From: Azolla caroliniana | Taxonomy: Eukaryota > Plantae > Polypodiophyta | DNA: 64,000 bases | Reading direction: 5' to 3' | Assembly: GCA_043228905.1 (NCBI GenBank) | Contig: JBHGNT010000001.1 | Span: 5,642,001-5,706,000 of the forward strand | Part shown: one piece after another, positions 42,670-57,100 of the stretch | Position numbering within the stretch: the first letter of the stretch is position 1 | How the letters are laid out: the number at the start of each line of letters is the position of its first letter | Notes under the pieces: generated by a model | Seen by the model: the letters and a program-made list of their open reading frames with translations, nothing else | The model's database searches: none | What the model was told of the DNA's origin: nothing | Made by a program: the position numbers and the translations under genes

Positions 42670-43890
42670 ATGAAGGGCTACACTGTTCAAGTCAACAATG
42701 TCTCACCTCGAGCATCAATCCGAGATCTACGGAATTTCTTCTCGTTCTTGGGTAGGATCGCACATATCGATGTTTCTCCCAGGTATATAACACACATATA
42801 CATGTGTGAAATCTTGATCTGTGTAATTGTGTCGAGTTCTTACTTCATTCCTTTTCTGTATGTTTCTTCGACTTGGCTTATGGATTTGAATGTTATGCTA
42901 TAAGTACAGAGATGGACATGATAATCGATCTCAAGTTGCCCTTGTTACCTTCAAAGACAAGGAATCTCTTGAAACTGCGCTGCTTCTCTCTGTAAGATTG
43001 ATTGATTGATTTTATTTACTCTCTCCCTCTCCTCTCTCTTTCTGATGATCTGTTTATATCCCAACATATTATGTTCTTGTAAGATTCACATTTATAATAA
43101 TCTGTTGTGAAAATATGCAAACAAATTAGGGTTCCACAATCGTAGATCAACCCGTGTCTATTGTGTCACTCCAACACGATATGGATCAAGAAGTGGGATG
43201 GGCAGAGGCCGAATTACACGGCCATGACAGCAGGGTATATACAACCTTCAATTATTAGTGTTCTCACCATCAATCAACCACATTAAAAACCTACATCTCA
43301 TTTTGTTGCATCATTTTATAATATCCTTCAATGTCTCAGTACATTTAAAACAAATCATGGTGATGATCTTCTTCTATCTATAGGTGGACGCCTCCGGTAA
43401 CCCTAACCCTATAAGTCCCGTGATTACGACTCGAGCCCAAGACATTGTGGCCAACATGCTATCCAAGGGACATATCCTCACAAGAGATGCCGTGAGCCGA
43501 GCCAAATCTTTCGATGAGAGGCGTCAAATCAGTGCTAACATGGCCATGGCCTCGGCCCGAGATCTCTCATCCTTAGACAAGTCTGGTTCAACCATCGGAT
43601 TGTCGGGACGGCTCAATGCGGGCGCTTCTATCATAAACATGACCGCCCAATCGATCAACGAGAGGTTTCACATTGCCGAGCGCACGTGGTCCGTGTACTC
43701 GTATGCCCAACAAGGCGCGAAATGCGCGGGGACCACACTCGTGAATAACAAGATGGTGCAATCGGGAAGCTCGTGGGTTAGTGGTGCATTCTATAAGGTC
43801 GCCCAAGCCGCGGGAAATGTGGCTTTATACGGTGTCAAGGACAAGCTCAACTCTTCGGAGCTGCCCAAGGTGTCGAGGGCCAAAGTGTGA
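42670..43890 (+). CDS. BPA1: RRM-domain protein, binding-partner-of-ACD11 (BPA1/BPL)-like, 4 exons
   Basis: MKGYTVQVNNVSPRASIRDLRNFFSFLGRI...|...SQVALVTFKDKESLETALLLS|GSTIVDQPVSI...|...AQDIVANMLSKGHILTRDAVSRAKSFDE...WVSGAF. These match the BPA1-family motifs ETALLLSGATIVD and MLAKGFILGKDA..KAK.FDE. Confidence 0.88.
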
Positions 43891-44987
43891 AATTACCACA
43901 TGAAAAAAACCCACATAGTCATGTTAAAAAATGTGCATTGAACCAAGACAACATCGGAAGTATTATGAGAAGTTTGTATACTATAACTAATATTGCATGT
44001 TGAACCGAATCATACTAGCGGTACAAACATCTAATTCATTTTGAGATTGGCCAAGCCACAAGTCGGTGATGAAATACATAAGTGTGATAGTACTCCACAA
44101 CAACTTGACAAGTTCTTCGGGAATTAGATGTGGGACTTGTATTCTCCAAGTGTAAACTTTATTAATAATTGCTGAACCTTTTTCTTCGAGCTTCCCCTTG
44201 AGAACACATTGTTATATTGTACAATCATTTATTTGGCATCTTGTGGCCACATTTTATAATTTATTTATTTATTCAGATTTCTTAATAGAATTCTTTGTAG
44301 CTTTTTGTTGGATCCCAAAACTTGTGGGCTATATATATGCATCTTGCTGTCATGACTCATGATTTGTTTACACCAAGGCTTGCCGTCTCCAATGACTCAT
44401 CATACTCAAAAGTAGTTACATCTCTTTGAAGTCATTATAATTTTAACTCTTCATGTCATTAAGCATGAAAATTACCCCTTAATTCATCACGCTGAGGGCA
44501 TACTGCATTCATTGACCTAATATTAAACATTTCAATACCAATAGTCTCCAACACTTGTGAACTTATCATATCACATTGTTTTAGAAATTCTAATACCGAC
44601 AAGTTTCACACTTGCATATGTTTCATGCCATACCGACACTTGCACCATGATAACTAGAAAATAAGTAAAGAAAAGTTTGTAAAGTAGTATAATATCCTTT
44701 TCCCCTCTCTATGTACCATGTCACACACTTCATGAAAGTTTGTGTTTTTGGGAAAGCTTATTGCCATGATCATCAACTTAATGAAATATGTGCGAGAAAC
44801 TCTTAAATAAAAGGAACTCAAACGTTCAAAGGAATTGAAAAATGAGGCCATTTAATACTTTAAAGGGTAGAATTTACAATGACGAGGCTCCCCTTATAAC
44901 ATGTAGTGTAGTAAGGGTGGCTATTTATGAACAAATTAAAGTATATTATACTGTTTATATTTTTATTATTGGAAATACAAGCATCGT

Positions 44988-45071
44988 CCGACCTTAGCTC
45001 AGTTGGTAGAGCGGAGGACTGTAGTGGGTACTGTAATCCTTAGGTCGCTGGTTCGAATCCGGCAGGTCGGA
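44988..45071 (+). tRNA. trnY-GUA: tRNA-Tyr(GUA) with 11-nt intron (45025-45035)
   Basis: CCGACCTTAGCTCAGTTGGTAGAGCGGAGGACTGTAG[TGGGTACTGTA]ATCCTTAGGTCGCTGGTTCGAATCCGGCAGGTCGGA is the canonical plant cytosolic tRNA-Tyr. It has an upstream AT-rich box and CAA (44978) and a downstream T-run Pol III terminator. Confidence 0.97.
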
Positions 45072-45090
45072 TTTTTGCTTTTGGTTTTTG
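45072..45090 (+). terminator. Pol III oligo-T terminator of tRNA-Tyr
   Basis: TTTTT immediately after the discriminator base, followed by further T runs. Confidence 0.8.
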
Positions 45091-45929
45091 CAACTATCGT
45101 TATTACATTTGTCTAAGGCTCGCTTTTGACTTATCGAAAAAAACATAATAATTCGAAGCAAATGTTATCTCCAAGGTAAACCTCCGTCCATTTTGTGTTA
45201 TTTTGTTCGTTTGTGTGTGTTTTGTGCGAATTCTGTTGATCATCAATGGGTCGAGAAAAATTTTACAATATGCTCATTATTAATTGTTCTATGCAAGAAG
45301 GTATATATCGACGAATTAGTTACCATAATTCAATGTGGACTCGTTGTGCAAGAAAGAACATTGTAGCGATATAGTAAATTTTGGAAATGTGGGCGTGCCT
45401 TTCAGTTAGTGTCATATCGGTAAGTTTCCCATGTCATGCAACAAAAGGGAACCAATTTGTGCCAAGAAGTTGAGTTCCAATTTTCGAAGAACTCACTTTT
45501 TTAGTTTCTTTCGTTGCAAGGACTTTTGTACCATGTCCTCTTTTGTGGCTTCACTTGACTTGTTCACAACCTAAAGAGCATATCAATTTACTCTAGTACA
45601 AAATATAAAAAATAACAAGGAGTCACATTATTATCTCAACCCTACCAACTTTGAGCAAAACTAGTGTTTGCATTCCAACAAAAAGGAAACTTGGAACAAC
45701 GTTCTATTCTACAATAAAGTCTAGAGTAACTCCATGTTTGTATATGTTTTAACGGAGACGAAATTTGTAAACCGAGATGCCATGAACACTTAACACTTAA
45801 ATTGGATGAAATAAGGTTCTTCTTTTGAGTTGGTTTGTCATTCATTATGCTAGATTTGGAAAATGGTGGAGTTGTTCCTCATTTTGAATGGTATATGCCA
45901 TTCCCCATGTCAGGGAGCCTATCGATGTC

Positions 45930-47750
45930 ACAAGAATCTGTGAGAAAGGGTGTGAACTATGTAACCACATCTTGCATACATACCCACTAGTGCATTGCTA
46001 ATTAATACATCTTTCTCTAGAAATTCTTCCTTCTCAATCTCACCATGTAATTCTTTGCCTTTGTCTAATGCTCCTACAAGGCCACAAACACGCCTTCGAA
46101 ATTGAAAGGTAAGTCCCTTTGTTTGGAGAAAGACCCTTGCATTGCATCTGTCCAAAATAGTTCAATGCAATGCTTCTTCACCATGTCCATGGTGAGCATA
46201 TCCAGAAATTAGTACTGTCCAAGACACGATATCTTGAACTGGAAGCTTTTCAAACACACCTCGTGTGCTTCTATGAGTGCATCACACTTCGCACATGGAT
46301 CCCACCAATGAATGCATTTCCAACCAATATATCCGTTTCAAAAACACCTTCTCTATCAATCTCCTCATGTGTTTCTCTACCCTTTAAGACCGATCCAATG
46401 CCACCACAGGCTCATAAGGCACAAATAAAGGTGCTGGAGAGAATTCCTCATATTTCATTGACTCAAGACAGTTACATGCTTCTTTACCATATCCATGTTC
46501 CGCTATCCTCCGATAAGTGACGTTCATGATACTATATTTTGTAAGGGAAGCTCATCAAAGACTCACTGTGCTCATCCATGTTCACCATATTTGGCATACA
46601 TATCCACTAAATCAATTCCTAATGCTACATCCTTTTCAAGTAATCCCTCTTTTCAAAATCTTCACATGGACTGTTTGGCCTTGTTTTTCCGGCTACTAAG
46701 TGACCACAAGCTTTCAAAATAGCAAGAAAAGTGACAGAATTTGGCATGCAACCTTCATGTTGCATATGTTCGAAACAATACAATGCTTTTCTACCAATGC
46801 CCATGTTGGGCATATCCTGCAATTAATGCTGTCCATGATATTACATCCCAAGCTTCAAGCTCATCAAATATTTATGGTGGTTTCACAACCTTGTCCCATT
46901 TCCCATACATATCTATCAATGTGGTGGCAAGCAAAATATTCCTCTCCAACAACTTCTCATGGATAATTTGTGAATGTATAAATTTCTTCGTCTTTGCTTG
47001 ATGCCCCCTATGCTTCCACATGCTTTCAAGATACAAAGAAAGGTAACTGAATTGGGAAAGAGACCCTCCCGTCCCATCTGATCTAAACAGTTGAGCACTT
47101 CTTTACTAAGTCCACATTGGACATATCCTGTGATAAGTGATGTCCAGGAGACTACATCATGAATGGGATGTTGATCAAAGACTTATTATTGTGCCTTTCC
47201 AAGAACCCCACATTTGGAATATAGACTGATTAAAGCACTCCCCACAGAAACATCAGTTTCAAGAAACCCTCTTCTGAGGATATGAGCATTAATTTCTCTC
47301 CCTTTCCTCAGATCGATCCTTGAATAAGCCGACGCATTTTCTTGATACCTTTGGTGAAACCCTCTTCTTCGAGAGTGAACATGAATGGCTTTGCTCATAT
47401 CTCTGTGCAATGAGTTTTAAAGAAGAGAACTTTCTTCATGACTCAGGTGATTGCAACAAAACTCTGCTTCTACTTAAGCATTCTCTTGACACCACACGCA
47501 ATAAGTTCAAATCTTAGCTCCTCATTGAGCGCTTTACTGATATATTGATGATTAGCTCGAATCCTATCTTCTCCTTGTCGTCCACTGCAAATGGTTTACA
47601 AACATTGGAATCTTGGCTCCTTCTCCTTTCCATACAGTCCAATGCAAACCTTTCAAAATCTTTGTCTTCATTTCGCTCTCCACGGAGGAGTTTCCATTTA
47701 TTGATATCTCCATATCTTATCATCATCTTCTCTATAATTTGTCTTCAAAT
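45930..47750 (-). pseudogene. Frameshifted PLS-class pentatricopeptide-repeat (PPR) pseudogene
   Basis: PPR motif fragments occur in several frames with many stops and frameshifts: LETDVSVGSALISLYSKCGVL, DVVSWTSLITGYVQCG...EGLFPNSVTFLCILKACGSIG, MPNSVTFLAILKACG and KGKELHGEIEKEEFLEKDVLISNALVGMYARCG. Confidence 0.85.
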
Positions 47751-48039
47751 CAAGACTGATGTGTTACAAATCGGTAGAATAGACAGCCAAGAGAATAGTT
47801 CGGTGAAGGGGTTGTATATCCTGCCACACTCTATGTCACAGAGGGGTTTTACTCTCACACACTCAAAAAAGGGGGAAAAGTAAAGTAAAGAGTAAACCAC
47901 TAGCACATGCCATTTTGGCCTTTTCACACTATGTGCATGTCTCTATGTACATATGTATAACAATCTCCCACTAAAAGGCCTAAACTAAGAGTGCGAACAA
48001 TAGAAGGTTGAACTATACAAGGCCTATACCTCCCACTTG

Positions 48040-51000
48040 ATGGGCATGTTACATAAGGCACTAGGTGATCCCCATCAAGTGGCAAGTTACAACAATGCCC
48101 CAATGCATCTTGTGGTAAGGCCTTGGTCAATGCATCTACGGCATTTTCTTGAGACACAACCTTCTCAAGGCTAATGCAACCATTACCTAAGCATTCATGA
48201 ATGAAATGGTATCGCACTCCAATGTGCTTGGTCTTTGCATGATATACTGGGTTCTTAGCCAAAGCAATGGCACTCTAACTATCACAAAACAATTTGGGTA
48301 CATGTTGAGGTATACCCATGTCACTAGGTAATCGAGACAACCAAATTGCTTCCTTACATGCCTCACTGGCTGCAACATACTCCACGTCTGTAGTTGACAA
48401 TGCGGCACATTCTTGGAGACGGGATCTCCAACCAATGGCACCTCCCATAATTTGAAAAATGTACGTTGAAGTATATTTCCTACTATCAGCACATCCACCA
48501 TAATCTGAATATGTGTATCCGATGATAGAGAGATCACCTCTACCCAAGCATAGACATTTATCTTTAGTGCCACTCAGATATGTCATTATCAACTTGAGTG
48601 CGTCCCAATGTTTCTTACCAGGATTTGACATGAATCGACTTATTGCTCCCATTGCAAAGGCAATATCTGGTCTACTAGCCACCATGGCGTACATGAGACT
48701 ACCAATCGCAGATAGATAAGGAACCTTGGTCATGGATTCCTTGTCCTCATCAGATGTGGGGCAATCACATATCCTCAGCTTTATATATGTAGGCAATGGA
48801 GTGCTCAACGGCTTTGCATTCTCCATATTAAACCTCTTGAGTACTTTAGATATGTACTCAACCTGAGACAAGTAAATGCATCGCTTACTCATATCACGAG
48901 TAATACGCATACCAAGAATATGTTTTGCATCTCCCAAATCTTTCATGTCAAAAGTCTGGCTCAAGTTTTTCTTCAACAAGGACAACTCACCCTTGTTTTT
49001 ACCAATGATAAGCATATCATCAACATAGAGTATCAACATAATGAAACTCTCATCTGAACATTTTTTCATATACAAACAAGGATCCTCATTGCTTCTAGTG
49101 CATCCCTGAGTCTTCATAAAAGCATCAAACTTTTGGTACCACAATCTTGGGGACTGCTTAAGCCCATACAAGCTCTTCTTGAGTTTACATACCAAGTGTT
49201 CTTTGCTTGAGACTTCATAAACTTCTGGTTGTTCCATATAGATCTCCTCATTAAGATCCCCATGCAAGAACGCAATCTTTACATCCATTTGGACTAATTC
49301 TAAGTCCTGAACAGCTAATGCAAGCAACATACGCAATGTAGTCATCTTAACTACAGGAGAGAAAATTTCATCAAAGGCAAGTCCTAGTTCTTGCTTGAAA
49401 CCTTTCGCTACCAAGCGTGCTTTGTACTTTGGAGAAGTTCCATTAGATGTATATTTATACTTGTAGACCCACTTGCATGGTAATGCTTTCCTACCCTTTG
49501 GCAAAGGTATTAAATCCCAAGTACCATTCTTATAAATATTGTATAATTCACTTTGCATGGCATGCTCCCACTTAGCATGATCAGTAGCCAACATAACTTC
49601 TTTATAGCAAGAGGGTTCGCCTGCATCTGTTAACATCACATAGTCCGCGAGCTTAGTAAGTGGCCTAGAGACACGAGTAGACCATCTCAATGGTTGTTGA
49701 ACCGGAGTCGGAATGTTTTCAGGTTGTACACATGCATCATCATTTTGAACATCCTCATATGGGTGAACATTTGTCGGACAGTTCGGCATGGGTGTGGAAT
49801 TATTCTTTTGCACACTAATAGAGGGTGTAACATCTTGAAACACCACTTTCCTCACTTTCACTTCCTTAATTGGTTGCTTATGCATAATTTTTTCATTGAA
49901 AATGACATCACTACTTTTGAATATAGTGCGCGTTTTGTGGTCCCATAAGCGATATCCAAACCGACCATCTATTCCATAGCCAAGAAAAATACATTTTCTG
50001 CCTTAACTGTTTTGGAACATGAACATATACTTCACATCCAAACACTCTAAGATGATCATAGTGAGGGGTTTTTCCAATCCACAACTCTTTTGCCACTTTC
50101 AAGCCTTTGGCAGTACTAGGTGATAGATTAATCACATGAACAACAATCCGAACTGCTTCTGCCCAAAAACCTTGCGGAAGGTTTGCATGATGCAACATAG
50201 AAATAACTCTATCTTGGATGGTTCTATTCATCATTTCTGCCACACCATTTTGTACAGGAGTGTAGGGGGCAGTATACTCTCTAGGAATGCCTCTAGACTC
50301 ACAATAAATCCTGAACTCATTAGAGGTATATTCACCTCCATAATCAGAACATAAAGTCTTAAGCTTTATTCCTTTTTCAGTCTCAATCGAGGCAAGCCAT
50401 TTTCTAAAAATGGGGTATACATCACCCTTTACCTTTAAGGGATACACCCACACCTTTCTTGTGGCATCATCGATAAATGTAACAAAATACAAAGCTTCAC
50501 CCAATGATCTAGTAGGCATAGGGCCACATACATATGTATGAACTAGATCCAAGGGTTGAGTAGAAGAATCAGAACGAATCTGATGTACACTTCTCTTTTG
50601 TTTACCATATTGACAATTCGCACAAACTGAAAAATTAGAAAATGGTAACATGGGTAAATAGCCTACATGTGACAGAGTTTCCATTCCACTACGAGACATA
50701 TGGCCTAAATGACCATGCCAAATACAAGTCATGGGTTGTTCTGTGACAATCAAAAGATGTTCTTTCTTATGGACAACTAAGGGATAAAATGAAGCAACTT
50801 TGTTCCCTTTGGTAATAACCATATTTCCTTTTGTAATCCGAAAATATTTGGAAGCAAATATCACTTTATATCCAGAGTCATCTAGCTGTCCAATAGACAT
50901 CAAGCTAAAAGTTAGCTCAGGTACACGACATACATTTTATACAAGAATCTGAAAACCATCAGAAAAATGTACCATAACATCTCCAATGCTAACCACGTCA

Positions 51001-52061
51001 CATTGACGTGAATCTCCAAGCCTGACTGTACCAAGTGGTTTAGCTTCATATCGTGTGAACCACTCTCTATGTGGGGTCACATGGAATGAAGCCCCAGAGT
51101 CCAACAACCATGTATGAGTAAGTGAGTGAGCCATATTCACCTCAACATAAGTAGCATCATCAACCATGACTAGAATGTCAACATCGTCATCACATGTAGC
51201 ATTTATTTCCTCTATTTTCTTTGAGGATGATGAACCGGTCACTTGCATAACATGCTCATCACCGTGAGTTTTACCCCTTTCCTTTTCTCTTTCTTTGTTC
51301 TTCAAGGTATACCAATCCTTTTTCATATGACCCTTTTTGTGATAGTAATGACATTCTACAAGTTTCTTTCTGGATTTGCTTCCGCTCTTATCATTTCCAT
51401 GGTTGTTTTTGGTTTGGCTTCTACCACATTGTTGGTTCTTGCCATAACCAGAATCTCGTACATTATATGCCTCTCCAACTTGTGAGGTGACAATCAATTT
51501 CCTACGGATTTCTTCACCCAATAGTGTTCCACATATGTCATTATAGACCAATTTCCCATTTGGTGCACTAGTGCTAATAGCAGTGCAAAATATGTCCCAT
51601 GAACTAGGCAGAGTGCATAATAGAAATACACATTTTAGCTCATCATCCATACTCATTTTTTGAGCTTGCAATTAAGACCATAATGCATCAAACTCATTTA
51701 GATGAGAAGCAACACTATCGGTGTCCTTCATGCGAAGGTCATAGAGCTTTCTCATAAAAAATACTTTGTTTGTAGCAGTTTCCTTCTCATATGTATTGCA
51801 TAACTTTTTCCAAAGTTCTTCGGAATTTTTACTGTCTAAAACAGTGAAATAGACACTATCTGCCAAGTGTAGTCTTATTGTAGACATGGTCAAAGCATCA
51901 AGTTCCTCCCAATCATCATCATCCATTTCATCCGGCTTCTTCGCTTTGCCGCGTAGAGGCCTCGTTTGCATTCTTTGAACCAATACATCACGCATCTGAT
52001 TCTTCCACAAAGCAAAATTAGATACATCAAATTTCCGGATTTCAATATGATCTTTTCCCAA
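48040..52061 (-). pseudogene. Degenerate gag-pol of the outer Copia (gag, zinc knuckle, PR, IN, RT, RNase H)
   Basis: Gag RKFDVSNFALWK, a degenerate zinc knuckle, PR WLLDSGASFH, IN FVTFIDDATR...TPVQNGVAE, RT YKARLVAKGF/LYGLKQSPR/LYVDDML and RH KHIGVRYHFI. Copia order (IN before RT). Several stops and frameshifts. Confidence 0.93.
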
Positions 52062-54147
52062 AAACGAATAGTTCTTACTCGAACTATTGCGACTAACAGA
52101 AGTGCTACTAGATGTGTTAAGAATTAGGTAATTAACTAGGGGTTAATTAGTACCTAATTATGTGATTAAGCTAAGCGGAAGATTAAGTGATATGTGTGTG
52201 AGAGGAAGAGAGAGAGGAATTTAACGCTATGAACAACGAGACAAGATGGGGGATGATTAACTATAGTAAAAAGCATCATCAAATACAAAAATACCCATAA
52301 TGAGGTATATATAGATCTCATGTGCAAGGGTGCACATGTGTGAGGAGAATATAGGTACAAGGGTGTAAGTCCTATATTAAATGTACTTGGGAGTGGAGGA
52401 TCTAGAATATCCCACTTAAGCACAAGGTCCTATTTAAGGCGTTATAGTCAACACTTCTAAGTAGATTCTATCTAGGTAACTACGAAGTTACATGGTTGAC
52501 TAACTAACTAAACTAAGTTGAGCTTGATATCTCAACACACCCCCTCAAGCTCAAGTGTGAGGCGTCTGACATCCGGTTCTGATTTTGTCATTGTTCGGCT
52601 TTCGACGTTTGGTATTTTTGTGGCAGTTTCGGTTCCTCCTTCTCAAGCCTGGGACGAAGGCTTGGGTCGACTGCTTTCACCCATCGTGGGTCACGAGCCA
52701 CTTCTGTGGAGCTCTCGGGCTCTCGTTTGACCGCTACCTTCATCGTGAAGGCATAATGATGGGCCACGTACTCGTTGTAGCTGAGGTGAGCGACACGATT
52801 CTTCTCTCTAGAAGAGCGCCGAAGTTTTTCGCTCCCGATGTGAGCGCTTTCTTTACTCCTCCGGGTATCCGCAGGATGGGTACACCAAACTCACTGTCTA
52901 GTAAGCGAGCCGACACATCCGAATAATTGTCGTCAGGGTTTCAGACTTCGTATTTGGGCATCTTACCTTTGCCTTTGTCGTCACTTAGCTCGATAGAGCT
53001 TGGACGGTCCTTTGGTGAAGGGATTGGCCGAATATCATCCTCTGAGTTGAGATTCAACTCTTCCTCGGTCGGGTTGGGTGGAGTAGAATTGGCCTTATAC
53101 CACACAATACCGATTCGTCGAAGACTATGTCTCGACTGACCCAAACCGCTCGGGTCGAAGGGTTATAGCACTTGTATGCCTTCTTCTTGGACGAATATCC
53201 TACGAGGGTACATTTCTCCGACTTCACGTCGGGATTCTGTCGGTTTTCGTTCGGGATGCGTACATTCGCAATGCTTCTGAGTACCTTGACGTGCGACAAG
53301 ATCAGCTTCCTTTGGACAAGGAGCTTGTATGTAGTTAGCTTATGCACTCCATTAGTGGTGCATCGATTCATGAGATAGACGATCGTGGATGCCGCTTCGG
53401 CCCAATAAAAGTTCAGCATGTGCTTCTCATGTAACATGGCTTGTACTACCTCGAGGATTTGCCGATTCTTCCTTTCGGCGACTCCATTTTGTTAGGGTAT
53501 GTGTCGGCACGAAAATTCTCTCCGAATGCCTTCACTTTGGAGGTAGGAGGTGAATTCGTCTAAGAAGTACTCCTTGCCTCCATTCGATCGTAGTGTGCCG
53601 ACCGGTTTCTTTTTCCACTTGGCCCTTGAGCTTTTGGAAGTGGGAGAGCACTTCGCTCTTCTTCTTCATCGGAAAGATCCACGTGTAGTGCGAGTAGTCG
53701 TCGATGAAGGTTACGTAGTATCGGCATTCGCTGATCGTCGGCGTTCGGTCCCCATACATCCGAATGTATAACGTCGAGGAGGCCTTTGCTTGGGTAGCTC
53801 TCCTTCGGAAATGGGAGTCGATGTTGTTTGCCGAGTTGACATGCTTCGCACACTTGGTCGACTCGTTTCGCCTCGAAGGTCGGAAGTCTGATGATGACTC
53901 CCTTTGTTTGTGTAGCTCGAAGCCGTTGGAGGTTGATGTGGCCGATTCTCTTGTGCCACAACTCAATGTTCGTCTCGGTTTTGAGACCTTTGGCATACAT
54001 GACCGATTTCACCTCGTTCGAATCGAGGATGAACATACGACCATCTCTCTGTCCCTTGGTTATGAGTCGACCATCTTTCTCGATGAAACAACCTTTGTTG
54101 TTGAACCAAACTTGCATGGCTTGCTCCATGATTTGGCCGACCGAGAC

Positions 54148-57100
54148 TGTCGAATACGAGTGTATAATGGCCGTATTCACATTGTCCCTTTGGACAACTC
54201 AAGTTTGGGCTATTTTTATAAATAGCATAAAGGGCAGTTGCCCTAGGATAGTCACTATATAAAGTGACTTTGTAATATTTAGTGGAGGTTGGTTGTCATT
54301 TTGTAACTGTTGCTATAAGAAATAAAATGTTTCTTTGTGCCTATCTCTCTTTCTCTCTGTGTATCTTGTTTCATTCTCATACACAGGTTCTTCACCATCA
54401 CATATGTTGTTTGTTCTTCCGCCCTGACGACCTTGTCCCCAATATTTGGTATCAGAGCATTGGAGGTTCTTCAACCCGCTACCGGCCGTCATGGTACACC
54501 ACACAACACTCTGTTTCTGTTTTTCTTGAAGAACAGAGAAGAGAGAAGACAAACAAGAAGTCTGCATCTCACTGTGTTAAATCACTAATTGGAGTAAGCT
54601 AGCCAACTGTACTCTGTTCCTGTGATTGTAACCACTTGAGGTGAGCTCCTTGTGCAACACCCAACCCAATCATGCTTCATTTGGTTAAACAACATCTGAA
54701 TAGGTCACCGGACGTTATTCACCCGCTTGTTGTAACCACCCGTTGCAGATTGGTCTCCAGGCAACAACCAAATTCGTGCTTCATTCGGCTGATCGACATT
54801 CGGGAGGATCAGTTGGATCTGTCCCTCTCATCACTGCAGTCATCCGAACAAGAATCGGCCAAACCAATCGGTTTCTTGTGATCGGTATTCGGCATACAAT
54901 CGGAAGCTAACCAAAGTAACTCCAAGAAGGTTCAGCAAACAAGTATCCGAAACCAAACTGACTCGGGTTCAAGACCGGTTGCACCCCACTAAGGTTCCTA
55001 GTCAACTCCGAACAGAGTCTTACCAACCGAAACCGAATCAGATGGCATCAACATCCGGCTCATCGGAGATGAGTCTAAGGAGGTTCGATGGTTCGAACTT
55101 CAATTTCTGGAAGAAACAAATGCAGGACTATCTCATAGTCAAGGGTCAGATAGACCTGATTGAGAATGAAAATCCTCCAGAAGCATACAAGGTAAACGAG
55201 TGGCTAAAGCTGGACAGAATCGTCCGTGCCACGATTCGGATGCACTTGTTGGAGTCAGTGTACTTCACAGTGCAATCATGCTCGACAACTTTTGAACTTT
55301 GGAAAACACTGACGGAAACTTATGAAACGAAGGTCGCCGCAACGAAGATGTATCTGATCCGGCGCCTCTACAACTTGCGGAGGAAAGAATCCGATTCGGT
55401 TCTGGCACACCTCAACGAGTAAGAAAGCCTAAGCTCCCAAATATCGTCTCAGGGGACGGCAATAGAGGATGAACTCAGAGCAATGATACTCATGAGTAGT
55501 CTCCCCTCTTCTTGGGAAACTTTCGTCACAACCGTGTGCAATGCTTCAACAACTGCCATTAAGTACTCCGAAATCACGAGCGCAATCCTGACTGAAGCAG
55601 CTCGGAGAAAGTCTTTCGCCAAAGACTCGGCAGATGAAGCTTACGTAGTACAAGGTTCAACCGACCGAAAGAACAACCGGGGAAGAAGTTCATACAGAAA
55701 TTTTGACGACCGACCCAAACATATTGCCCATAGAGAACCCAATCGAATCAGAAGTTATGCTCATGACTGAGGAATCAAGCACATGGCTCCTTGACTCAGG
55801 TGCATCGTATCATGTGACACCTCACCGATCTCAGTGTCGGCAATACTCGGACCGGCACTCCGACTCAGTTCGAGTCGGGAACTCGCAACACTGTGCCATA
55901 ATCGGAATCGGCACCGTAGAGCTCAACCTTCCGGGTGGCTCTACACTCGTACTACACAACGTCCAACACGTTCTTGAGCTTTCAAGTCCCTTGATCTCAG
56001 TCGGACAACTTGACGAAGTTGGCATTCGTGCCAGGTTCTCATCAGGAGGGTGGACACTCCACAAAGGGAACCTCCTGCTTGCTTGAGGACCAAAGGTACA
56101 CTCTTTCTACCCTTTATATGTCACACTCAAAGAGGGTGACTTATTTTTTGTTGATATCCCCGTGTCATCGTTATGGCACAGACGACTTGGACACCTCAGC
56201 AAGGCTGGCATAACGCACCTATCCAGAGCCGGTTACATTCCCAAGATCTCCTTCTCGGATCACCAATTTTGCGAGCATTACCAGTACGGCAAACAGTTCG
56301 ACGACTTCATCCAGTCGGTCGGCTTCTCCAAGAGCGATGAGGACCACTGTCTCTTCACCAAAACAGCTCAAGACGGGTCTCCCGTCTTCCTCATCATTTA
56401 CGTGGACAACATGCTACTTTGTGGCCGACATGCCGGAGAGCTCACCGAACTCTTTCGGAAACTGCGGTTGAAGTTTGCCATGAAGGACCTCGGTCCGGCA
56501 AGACACATGGTATGAAGATTAGTCGGCATCGCGATAAACGACAACTTTTCTTGTGTCAAACCGACTACATCGGACATGTCTTGGAACGCTTCAACATGCA
56601 CTCAGCCAAGTCTACTTCGACCCCGCTCCCCATTAACTTTCGGCTGTCTCAGCGAGACTGCCTGACATCCGATCCGAAGGGGGAAGATATGAAGTCGGTA
56701 CCGTATGCACCGGCAGTCGGCTCCCTTATGTACGCAATGGTCGCGACACGGCTTGATATTTCTCACGTCGTAGGAGTCGTCAGTAGATTCATGCACAACC
56801 CTTATGTACGCGATGGTCGCGACACGACCTGATATTTCTCACGTCGTAGGAGTCGTCAGCAGATTCATGCACAACCCAGGCCGATCGTACTGGAACACAG
56901 TCAAGCATGTGTTCAGATATCTAGTTGGCACAAAAGACCACGACATTCTTTTTGGCCCGAACTCAACCTCAGGCGTAGTCGGTTACACTGACTCGGAATT
57001 CGCCGGCTGCATGGACAGTCAGAAATCAACAACTAGATATTTTTCAAATTCGGCAATGGAGCAATCTCGTGGAAGTTGAAACTTCAAGAGTGCACAACCA

